Shown here one piece after another: positions 16,854 through 24,312 of a stretch of 64,000 nt of DNA. The notes below the pieces were generated by a model that was given only the letters and a program-made list of their open reading frames with translations, did not search any database and was not told where the DNA came from. Source of the stretch: Acidobacteriota bacterium (lineage in GTDB: Bacteria > Acidobacteriota > Thermoanaerobaculia > UBA5066 > Gp7-AA6). Numbering within the stretch: the first letter of the stretch is position 1; every line of letters begins with the position of its first letter. Location of the stretch: NCBI GenBank assembly GCA_039931865.1, contig JBDTRB010000004.1, positions 1,441 through 65,440 of the forward strand, given 5' to 3'. A program made the translations under genes and the position numbers.

Positions 16854-17500
16854 GAGGTGGCCTCTTTCATGATTTCCTGCAGCGTCCGCTGTTTCTCCTG
16901 GTACATCGCCAGAAGCTCGCGGCGCAGGTGAGAGTTGAACCGGTTCGAGTCGATCTGGGCGCGGATCTCGACGATCGCGGAGTCGAGAAGCTGAAGCTTT
17001 TCCCGGTAGTTGACGAAGATCGGAGTGGTCGGGTTTTCGATCCGCGGGCGCGCGAGCACCGACAGCCGCTCGATCGACCGAACGTAGTTCGCCTCCGCGA
17101 TCTCGACATCTTCCAGGGACCGGTCCGACAACAGCGGATTGCTGGTGCTGGCCGCATTGACGAGCGGCTCGCGGCCCCCGCTGTTGCGGAAGACCTGCAG
17201 GCCGACCATCGAGACGAGGAAGAGAGCGGCCGCGGCGGCCAGGGGGATCCACTGAAAGCGCTTCGACGGCGCGGCGGCGGCCGACGCCTTCTCGTTTTCG
17301 ATCGCGTCCGCAATCCTTCCAAAGAGCGCGGGGCTCTCCCACTCCCGACGCAGAGACGGAGCGGTACGCGAGACCTCGTCCCACAGCGCGAGCGGGCCCG
17401 CGCATTCCTCGCAGCGCGCCGCGTGAACTCGCAGTCGCTCGATCGCGGAAGGATCGTTTCTCTCGAGAGCTTCCCGCGCGCGGGTGCAGCCGGCGGTCAT
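16850..17500 (-). CDS. Anti-sigma factor (zf-HC2 type, single TM)
   Basis: ORF 16850..17845 trimmed to ATG 17500. It has the 'HAARCEECAG' H-x3-C-x2-C motif and the TM 'WIPLAAAAALFLVSMVGLQVF'. The start overlaps the sigma stop (ATGA). Confidence 0.8.
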   Translation of the reverse strand: MTAGCTRAREALERNDPSAIERLRVHAARCEECAGPLALWDEVSRTAPSLRREWESPALFGRIADAIENEKASAAAAPSKRFQWIPLAAAAALFLVSMVGLQVFRNSGGREPLVNAASTSNPLLSDRSLEDVEIAEANYVRSIERLSVLARPRIENPTTPIFVNYREKLQLLDSAIVEIRAQIDSNRFNSHLRRELLAMYQEKQRTLQEIMKEATS

Positions 17501-18174
17501 GCGCTCTCCCTCCCTCGCGGCCCCGACGTCCAGAGCAGATCCTGGAGCTTCCGCCTGGCCTCGAAAAGAAGCGTCCGGGAGGCCCCTTCCGAGACGTCCA
17601 GGACCCCGGCGATCTGTCGATGCGAGAAGCCCTCGATCGCGGACAGCAGAAACACTGTCCTCTGCCGGGGGACGAGACGTGAGAGCGATTGCTCGATCGC
17701 GAGGCGCAGAGGCTGATCCGCGGCCGGGGCGGGAGGCAGCGCGGCGTCTTGCTCGCCCGTTGAGGTTTCGAGAGGATCCTCCGGGTGCCGCTTGCGCTTG
17801 CGGAGCTGGTCGTAGCAGGTGTTGACGAGGATCCGGTAGATCCACGTCGAAAAAGTCGCCGCGCCCCGGAAAGTCGCGGCGCTCCGATAAATCTTCAGAA
17901 ATGCCTCCTGGACCGCGTCTTCCGCTTCGCTTTCGTGGCCGAGAAGGTTGCGCGCGATGCTCTTCATGCGGGCGCTATGGAGTTCGTAAAGCCGCTCGAA
18001 GGCGGCAACATCCCCCGCCCGGCACGCCTCGAGAAGGTCCTCTCCGGCACCGCCGGCGATGAAACCGTCCTTCTCTTCGGGACCGTCCAGGAGCGCCTCC
18101 TCTGGAGTTCCGAGGGAACGGGGAACATTCTCCAACACAGGCAAAAGCACAATGGGCAGCTCGCGTCCTTTCAA
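17497..18174 (-). CDS. ECF-type RNA polymerase sigma-70 family factor
   Basis: Region 2 'AFERLYELHSARMKSIARNLLGHESEAEDAVQEAFLKIY...FSTWIYRILVN' and region 4 'RQRTVFLLSAIEGFSHRQIAGVLDVSEGASRTLLFEARRKL'. The TTG start at 18174 is tentative. Confidence 0.9.
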   Translation of the reverse strand: MKGRELPIVLLPVLENVPRSLGTPEEALLDGPEEKDGFIAGGAGEDLLEACRAGDVAAFERLYELHSARMKSIARNLLGHESEAEDAVQEAFLKIYRSAATFRGAATFSTWIYRILVNTCYDQLRKRKRHPEDPLETSTGEQDAALPPAPAADQPLRLAIEQSLSRLVPRQRTVFLLSAIEGFSHRQIAGVLDVSEGASRTLLFEARRKLQDLLWTSGPRGRESA

Positions 18175-18216
18175 CCCCTTAGACGCCGGCGAGAGGAGGA
18201 ACGTTGGGGGCCGTCA

Positions 18217-18243
18217 GGGGTGAGGGGTTAAGGGTGAGACGGG
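18217..18243 (+). other. G-quadruplex-type motif (GGGGtgaGGGGttaaGGGtgagacGGG)
   Basis: Four or more G3+ tracts with loops of 7 nt or less, read directly on the plus strand in the sigma/cupin divergent region. Confidence 0.5.
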
Positions 18244-18327
18244 AAGACTCCCATCCCGGGTTCAGAGTTGGGAATTGAGAGTTGAGAATTTGAGGACGGA
18301 CCCCTGACTCAAGGCCCCGGTCCGTGA

Positions 18328-18359
18328 CCCTGACCCCTGACCCCTCAGGACCCCGACCC
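18328..18359 (-). other. G-quadruplex-type motif on the minus strand; the plus strand shows (CCCTGAC)n-like C-tracts
   Basis: The plus strand reads CCCtgaCCCCtgaCCCCtcaggaCCCCgaCCC, giving five C3+ tracts with loops of 6 nt or less. It is about 80% complementary to the 18213-18238 block. Confidence 0.5.
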
Positions 18360-18409
18360 ACCGCCCGGCGTGGCTCTCTTCTTGCTCCCGATGCAGAACA
18401 GGAGGTCCC

Positions 18410-18799
18410 ATGAGCGACACCAGCGTCACGAAAGTCGATTCGGCCCATTCCCCGAAGGGAGAGATGGGGCAGACCTATCTCGCGTCGGGCGTGTCGCTCG
18501 CGATGCGGCTCTGGGAAAAAGAGCCTTCGACGGAGGAGAAACCGGAGACCGTGCGGGAGTACGAGACGGTGGGTTATGTCCTGTCGGGCCGCGCCGAGTT
18601 GCGGGTCGAAGGCCAGACGGTCCGCCTCGAAAAAGGCGACTCGTGGGTGGTGCCGAAGGGCTCCCGCCACACCTACAAGGTCCTCGAGCACTTCCGCGCG
18701 ATCGAGGCCACCCACCCTCCCGCACACTCCCACGGACGCGACGAGGGACGAGGATCGGGCGGATCCTCGGGGCGGATGCAGGGCGACGACAACCTCTGA
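18410..18799 (+). CDS. Cupin domain protein
   Basis: 129 aa with 'GYVLSGRAELRVEGQTVRLEKGDSWVVPKGSRHTY', a cupin beta-barrel signature. AGGAGG lies 6 nt upstream of the ATG. Confidence 0.8.
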   Translation: MSDTSVTKVDSAHSPKGEMGQTYLASGVSLAMRLWEKEPSTEEKPETVREYETVGYVLSGRAELRVEGQTVRLEKGDSWVVPKGSRHTYKVLEHFRAIEATHPPAHSHGRDEGRGSGGSSGRMQGDDNL

Positions 18800-18908
18800 T
18801 CCCGTGATCCAGGGGGTCTAGCGCCTCTCCGAATCTCATCAGCGCCGGATTTTCCGGCCGGCCGCTCGCCGTCTCTCCCGCGTTTAGACTCCTGCCCCGG
18901 GAGGCTCC

Positions 18909-19676
18909 ATGAGAAAACGCCCCGCGATCCTCTTCGGCGTTGCCCTGCTCTTCGTGAGCGTCTTCGCGCTCGCGGAAAAGGCGCTCGTGGAAAAGGCGGA
19001 TGTCCGGCGCGAAACCGTCCGGTCCGGCGGCCGCGACCGAACCTTCTGGCTTTTCGTGCCGCAAGGAGGCGCACCGGACGCCCCCCGGCCGCTTCTCGTT
19101 CTCCTTCACGGCTCCGGACGAAACGGCGAGACGCTCGCGCGCCCGTGGAAGGACGTCGCCGCGAAAGAAGGTCTCGTCCTGGCCGCTCCGGATTCACTCG
19201 ACTCCGTGCACTGGTCGTCGCCGAGCGACGGGCCCGCGTTTCTCCGGGATGTCGTCGAAGCCGTCAAGGCGAGAACCTCCATCGACCCGCGGCGCATCTT
19301 TCTCTTCGGGCATTCCGCGGGCGCGTGCTTCGCGCTCGAGATGGGAGCGCTCGAGTCCAACTATTTTGCGGCAGTCGCCATCCACGCCGGCGCAACGCCG
19401 CCGGGTGACTTCGCGACGTTCGACTGGGCGAAGCGAAAGGTCCCGTTCGGAATCTGGATAGGAACGAAAGACGCGTTCTTCCCGCTCGAAGCGGTGCGCG
19501 CCACCCGCGACGCGTTGAAATTGCGCGGATTCCCGGTCGAGTACCGGGAGATGGCGGGGCACACGCACGACTATTACGGGAGCGCGCGGGACATCAACCG
19601 CATGGCGTGGGACTTCTTCAAGTCGAAGCCGTTGACCGCCGACGCGCAGTACACGCCGTACGGAGAGAGCCGATGA
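18909..19676 (+). CDS. Alpha/beta-hydrolase esterase (PHB-depolymerase/LpqC-like family), exported
   Basis: Signal peptide 'MRKRPAILFGVALLFVSVFALA', 'LLVLLHGSG', nucleophile elbow 'GHSAGA' and the late His 'AGHTHDY'. Confidence 0.8.
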   Translation: MRKRPAILFGVALLFVSVFALAEKALVEKADVRRETVRSGGRDRTFWLFVPQGGAPDAPRPLLVLLHGSGRNGETLARPWKDVAAKEGLVLAAPDSLDSVHWSSPSDGPAFLRDVVEAVKARTSIDPRRIFLFGHSAGACFALEMGALESNYFAAVAIHAGATPPGDFATFDWAKRKVPFGIWIGTKDAFFPLEAVRATRDALKLRGFPVEYREMAGHTHDYYGSARDINRMAWDFFKSKPLTADAQYTPYGESR

Positions 19677-20260
19677 GGCGCGGGCAGCGGGTCCCGCTCG
19701 CCGCGACCCTGCTCACCTCCGCCTGTCTGCTGGCGTCGGCGGCGGCGGCGCGCGGGGCGGTCTTCATCGTCCGGCACGCGGAGAAGCAATCCGACTCGAA
19801 CGAGAAGGGCGTTCCGCTTTCGGAGGCGGGCCGTGCCAGGGCGGCGAGGCTCGCCGCGGTGTTGAAGGACGCCGAGATCTCCGCGATCTATTCGACGGAT
19901 ACCGTGCGGACCCTCGCGACCGCCGGGCCTCTCGCCGCCGCGTCGAAGATCGCCCCGCAGATCTATGACGCGTCGGGGCCCGACTCGGCAGGGAGGCTCG
20001 CGGCGCGGATCTCGAAGGAGCATCCCACCGCGAACATCCTGGTGGTCGGGCACAGTAATACGGTCGGGCCGCTCATTACCGCGCTCGGATGCGCGGAAAC
20101 CGTGGCCGTCGCGCCGCAGGAGTACGACGGCCTGTGGATCGTCGTCCCTCCGCAGGCGGGTCCCCAGCCGAGGGACGGGGGTGCGAGGCCGGGCGACTCC
20201 TCTTTGCCGCCGCGCCCTTCCGGGAGCGGGACCTCCACTCTGCTCCGCCTGCGGCTCTGA
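19673..20260 (+). CDS. Histidine phosphatase superfamily (SixA/PGAM-like) protein, probably exported
   Basis: ORF 19607..20260 trimmed to ATG 19673, which overlaps the upstream stop (ATGA). It has 'VFIVRHAEK' (RHG-type motif), 'VVGHSNT' and an N-terminal hydrophobic signal. Confidence 0.8.
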   Translation: MRRGQRVPLAATLLTSACLLASAAAARGAVFIVRHAEKQSDSNEKGVPLSEAGRARAARLAAVLKDAEISAIYSTDTVRTLATAGPLAAASKIAPQIYDASGPDSAGRLAARISKEHPTANILVVGHSNTVGPLITALGCAETVAVAPQEYDGLWIVVPPQAGPQPRDGGARPGDSSLPPRPSGSGTSTLLRLRL

Positions 20261-21240
20261 TGTTTTTTTCCGCCCCGCGGCATCGGGGTCCGATCTCCGA
20301 TCATTTTGACGGACGTCAATTCCGGAATTTCTCGGGAGAGCCGCGCGGCTTCGGGGGCGTCCTCCGCTGGGCCGCCACACGCAAGCCCGCTCCGTGGCCC
20401 CGCTGGACCGAGTCGCCGCCCGGGCCCGCGCCTCCGAGGCGAGTCGCCGACCTGCGCGTCACCTTCGTGAATCACGCGACGCTTCTCGTACAGACCGGCG
20501 GACGCAACATCCTGACCGACCCGGTGTGGAGCGACCGCGTCAGCCCGCTCGCGTGGATCGGCCCGCGGCGCGTCCGGCCGCCGGGTATCCGTTTTGACGA
20601 CCTCCCGCAGATCGATGCCGTCGTAATCAGCCACAACCATTACGACCACCTGGATCTCCCGACCCTGGCGCGGCTCGACGCGCGCGATCATCCGTGGATC
20701 GTCAGCGGCCTCGGCGTCCGTCAGCTTCTCGCGAGCCACGGGCTGACGAACGGAGTCGATCTCGACTGGTGGCAGAGCACCGAGGTCGGGAAGGGACTGT
20801 CGGTAACCTCGGTGCCCGTACAGCACTTCTCGGGACGAGGCGTTTCGGATCGCAACGCGACACTCTGGACGGGCTACGTGATCACGAGTCCGGCCGGCGA
20901 CGTCTTCTTCGCCGGCGACACCGGCTACGGGCCGCACTTCCATCTCATCCGCGAGCGATTTCCCCGGATTCGCCTGGCGATCCTCCCGATCGGCGCCTAC
21001 CGCCCCGAGTGGTTCATGGGACCCGTTCACGAGGATCCCGCCCAGGCACTTCAGGCGTTCGGGGATCTCGGCGCGGGAACGGGTGTCGGCATGCATTTCG
21101 GCACGTTCCGGCTGACCGACGAAGGACCCGAGGAGCCCGTGCAGGAGATCGCGGCGCTCCTCGCGAGCGTGCCGGAGCCAAAGCCCCGCTTCTGGGTGCT
21201 CGGGTTCGGGGAAGGAAGAGACGTGCCGCCGCTGCGGTGA
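20260..21240 (+). CDS. MBL-fold metallo-hydrolase
   Basis: ORF 20089..21240 trimmed to ATG 20260 (TGATG overlap). It has 'ISHNHYDHLD' (the HxHxDH motif) and 'GDTGY'. Confidence 0.85.
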   Translation: MFFSAPRHRGPISDHFDGRQFRNFSGEPRGFGGVLRWAATRKPAPWPRWTESPPGPAPPRRVADLRVTFVNHATLLVQTGGRNILTDPVWSDRVSPLAWIGPRRVRPPGIRFDDLPQIDAVVISHNHYDHLDLPTLARLDARDHPWIVSGLGVRQLLASHGLTNGVDLDWWQSTEVGKGLSVTSVPVQHFSGRGVSDRNATLWTGYVITSPAGDVFFAGDTGYGPHFHLIRERFPRIRLAILPIGAYRPEWFMGPVHEDPAQALQAFGDLGAGTGVGMHFGTFRLTDEGPEEPVQEIAALLASVPEPKPRFWVLGFGEGRDVPPLR

Positions 21241-21258
21241 TCTTGCGGCGCTCCTCCG

Positions 21259-22494
21259 TCAGGCTTTGGACTCCGACTTCTTCCGCAGAGGCGACGAGCC
21301 CGTGAGATTCGAATGCTCTTCGCCTTTCAGCACCTTTTCAATCGCCCGGTCGCTCCCCGTTTCCGCCGCGCGTTCGAGCGCTTTGTGGTCGGTCAGGACC
21401 TCGTCGCTCAGGTAGTCGTGCAGCCAGATCCTCTCGATGATCGGATACGCGGCAACGAACGGCAGGATCAGGATCGCCCCCAGAATTCCGTAGAGCTGGC
21501 CGCCGATCACGATCGCGATCAGGACCGCGATGGTCGAGAGGCGCAGGCGCTTGCCGTAGACGCGGGGCACGATGACGGTGTTCTCGAGCACGTGGTACAG
21601 CAGATAGAGCACGAGAATGGAGCCGGCGGCGACCGGTGACACCGTCAGCGCGAGGAGCACAGCGGGCACGATCGAGGCGATCACGCCGATGACCGGCAGC
21701 ACGTCGCAGATGGCCGCCAGAAAAGCGAGAGGGATGGCAGCGGGCACTCGAAAGGCGCTCAGGACGATCAGGGCGAACACCCCGTAAAGCAGCGACGTCA
21801 GGGCCTGCCCCTGGACGTAGCTGATGATGACGTCGGATACCTCGGGAATCGTTCTCGCCATCTTGCGGCGATGCCGGCGTGGAACGTACGCGAGCAGCCA
21901 CGCGTACGTTCTCTTCCCATCGGCGACGAGGTAGAGCGTCAGGGTGAGCACGAGGATCGACACCGTGACCCCGGCGATGGCCGCTTCGCCCCAGGCGAGC
22001 GGCTTTTTGATCGACTTCGCGACCTCGGGAGAGTTCGGCAGCGCGAGGATCTGGTCGAGAACCTGGCTGATCACCGGGTGCTGGGGACCGACGTGCATCT
22101 CGACGCGCTTCCTGTAGTCGGGAAACTTGCTGAACAGGGTGACGAGCTGGGCGACCAGCGGCGGGCCGATCAGAAAAAGAAAAGCGAGGATTATCCCGAC
22201 CGTCAGCAACGCCACCACGGCGACCGACCAGCTGCGCGACAGCCCCCGGCGTTCCAGGCGCGCCACGAGCGGGGAAATGCTGATCGCCATCACGAGCGCG
22301 AGGAGAAAGAAGAGAAAGTCGGGCAGCAGCTTGAGCGCCGCCCAGACGATGAGCGCCGTGATCAGGACCTTGATGATCGTCGCGACGGGGACGTGGAGCT
22401 CGAGAATCGAGCGAGGCTGAGCGTCTTCGTCTTCCGGCGTGCTGCTCTCCGGGGGCGTCCCGGGCGCCCGCCTAGCGATGTGCCGCCCCGTCAT
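21259..22494 (-). CDS. AI-2E family transporter (PerM-like permease)
   Basis: 411 aa with the multi-TM pattern and conserved stretches typical of the family ('ISYVQGQALTSLLYGV', 'IPVIGVIASIVPAVLLAL'). Confidence 0.88.
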   Translation of the reverse strand: MTGRHIARRAPGTPPESSTPEDEDAQPRSILELHVPVATIIKVLITALIVWAALKLLPDFLFFLLALVMAISISPLVARLERRGLSRSWSVAVVALLTVGIILAFLFLIGPPLVAQLVTLFSKFPDYRKRVEMHVGPQHPVISQVLDQILALPNSPEVAKSIKKPLAWGEAAIAGVTVSILVLTLTLYLVADGKRTYAWLLAYVPRRHRRKMARTIPEVSDVIISYVQGQALTSLLYGVFALIVLSAFRVPAAIPLAFLAAICDVLPVIGVIASIVPAVLLALTVSPVAAGSILVLYLLYHVLENTVIVPRVYGKRLRLSTIAVLIAIVIGGQLYGILGAILILPFVAAYPIIERIWLHDYLSDEVLTDHKALERAAETGSDRAIEKVLKGEEHSNLTGSSPLRKKSESKA

Positions 22495-23947
22495 TCACCT
22501 GAAGACTTCCCATCATCCGCTCGTACAGGGGCGTGAGAGCCCGCGCATCGCGTCCCGGCACGATGCTGAGCGCATAGAGGGCGTGGCCGTCCGGAAGCTC
22601 GCGCGTCAGGACGTTCACGCGCTCGTCGATTCCGGTGACCGGAGACGTGCCCGCGAGCACGAGCGCAATCGCGCGCGCTCCGCCGGCTGACAGCCGTTTC
22701 GCCGAGTTCGGCACGGGACGAAGGTACGGATTCGATTTCGTGAGCTGGGCGACGAGGTCGTTGGTCGCGTCGTCGAGGTTCGTCCCTCGTGAAAAAGGCC
22801 CCCGGACCCCCGTGCGTCCATTGACGGAGCCCTCGAAGGGGTCGTAATGGTTAACGACGACGCCATAAACGACCGACTGCTGGCCATCGGAGGTCTGCAC
22901 GACTCCGCCCACCGGGACGATCGTGACGCCGAATCCGCTCGGCGCCTCGTGCGCCTGCCAGTTCTGCGGATAGTCGATCTTGAAGAAGCCGTTGCGTTGC
23001 TGAAACGTGCGGAAACTCGCCGAGGGCGCTTCGATCCGGATCTCGCCGCGCGAAGGCGCTCGTCCCGCGGGGGCGTTTCCGCCCGTGGTTCCCTGCGCGA
23101 GCTGCTTCATCGAAACCGGAGGAGATTGCGCGCGCAGGGACGTTTTGACGGCGACGATGTCTCCAACCGGATGGGCGGGGCCCGGACGTCCCAGCCGCGC
23201 CGCCTCCTGACGCACGCGCGCCTCTCGATCCGCCGGGGCCGGGTGGTCGCTCAAAAACCGCTCGAGCCTCCCGGGATCGCGACCCGCCTGCTTTCGCAGG
23301 AGCTCGAACATGCTCGCCATCTCGTTCGCGTCGTATCCCGCCCGGGCCATCGTCTGCGCGCCCACGATGTCGGCCTGGCTCTCGGCGGTGCGGCTGAACT
23401 TCAGGAAAAGGGCGTTCAACCCGATCCCGCCGACCGCGGACATGATCGGTCCCGGCGCGCCTCCCGTGAGAACGCCGCCGAGAATTCCGACTCCGGCTCT
23501 CGCGAGATACGCCTTGGACACCTGGTTCGTCTGGTGCCGGAGCGCCACGTGCGCCATCTCGTGGGCCATCACGCCGGCGAGCTGGCCCTCCGTCGGGACG
23601 AGCTCGATCAACCCGCGGTTGACGTACATGAATCCGCCGGGCAAGGCGAACGCGTTGACGTCCGACAGATTCGTCACCTTGAACTGGTAAGGAAATTTCG
23701 GTCCGGGCGCGGCTGCGGCCAGGCGCGAGCCGATCGCCGAGACGTAGCGGTCGATCGCCGGATCGTGAATGAGCGGAATCTGCTTTTCGACCTGGACAGC
23801 GGACTGCCGGCCGAGCTCGATGTCCTGCTGTGTGGAGAACAGGTTGAACCCCGGTCGCACGGTCGTGGGCGCAGGGGCGGCAACAGCCGGCAGGGCCGCC
23901 ACCGCGAACGCCACCCACGGCGCCAGGACCCGCGGAACCAGTTTCAT
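22472..23947 (-). CDS. M48 family zinc metallopeptidase, exported
   Basis: ORF 22472..24169 trimmed to ATG 23947 (MKLVPRVLAPWVAFAVAALPAVAAPA signal peptide, GGAGG 4 nt upstream). It carries 'HEMAHVALRH' (HExxH). Confidence 0.9.
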   Translation of the reverse strand: MKLVPRVLAPWVAFAVAALPAVAAPAPTTVRPGFNLFSTQQDIELGRQSAVQVEKQIPLIHDPAIDRYVSAIGSRLAAAAPGPKFPYQFKVTNLSDVNAFALPGGFMYVNRGLIELVPTEGQLAGVMAHEMAHVALRHQTNQVSKAYLARAGVGILGGVLTGGAPGPIMSAVGGIGLNALFLKFSRTAESQADIVGAQTMARAGYDANEMASMFELLRKQAGRDPGRLERFLSDHPAPADREARVRQEAARLGRPGPAHPVGDIVAVKTSLRAQSPPVSMKQLAQGTTGGNAPAGRAPSRGEIRIEAPSASFRTFQQRNGFFKIDYPQNWQAHEAPSGFGVTIVPVGGVVQTSDGQQSVVYGVVVNHYDPFEGSVNGRTGVRGPFSRGTNLDDATNDLVAQLTKSNPYLRPVPNSAKRLSAGGARAIALVLAGTSPVTGIDERVNVLTRELPDGHALYALSIVPGRDARALTPLYERMMGSLQVNDGAAHR

Positions 23948-23954
23948 GGAGCCT

Positions 23955-24236
23955 CCGGCGCGCTCCAACGCAAACGGGATGCCATACCGTCGCCTCCGCT
24001 CACTGCGGGAGCTGCCTTCGCCGTGCGCAGCGAAGGCACCGGCCGGCGGCTCGGCCGGATGCGGCCTCGACCGCCGGCCTGCTCCCTCCGTTCGCTTCGG
24101 CTCCCGCCCCGAGAGGCTCCTCCCTCCCTCTGGTCGGGAGACTCCTCTCGGGGCGAGCTTGGTCACCACCTCAGCGGAAGCGCAGCTCTTACTCCCTCTC
24201 CCCGCGCGCCGGGGAGAGGGTGGGGGTGAGGGGCAG
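23955..24236 (-). repeat. Hairpin-array repeat family, full copy B (between the M2 and M48 genes)
   Basis: The modules are given here in plus-strand coordinates. Tail 23987-24004. Hairpin 3 TGCCTTCGC/GCGAAGGCA 24013-24038. Hairpin 2 GGCCGGCGG/CCGCCGGCC 24041-24079. Hairpin 1 CGCCCCGAGAGG/CCTCTCGGGGCG 24105-24155. CCCTCTCCCC/GGGGAGAGGG hairpin 24194-24220, followed by TGGGGGTGAGGGG. Confidence 0.7.
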
Positions 24237-24312
24237 AACTCATCTGGAGGGCAGCGGAAAGCACCGATCTCGCTTTCGGCGTCCCCACGCCCGGGGCGAG
24301 GGGGTCAGCGCG

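Noticed and set aside
15087-17405. Single 772-aa reading of ORF 15087..17405.
   Set aside because: The N-terminal 184 residues run through the anti-sigma gene in another frame and are Arg-rich. A proper start with a signal peptide (MTERFE...AMTAPARA) lies at 16853 and overlaps the anti-sigma stop, so I trimmed to it.
19963-21096. 377-aa minus-strand ORF across the histidine-phosphatase and MBL-hydrolase genes.
   Set aside because: It is a shadow frame of well-supported plus-strand genes, with low-complexity Arg/Pro-rich sequence.
23948-24169. 74-aa N-terminal extension of the M48 peptidase ORF ('MVTKLAPRGVSRPEGG...'), and ORFs 36114..37025, 8128..8967 and 62275..62571, which read through repeat copies.
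   Set aside because: These segments are the hairpin-array repeat. Copy C has an in-frame stop, and real starts with a signal peptide and SD lie downstream.
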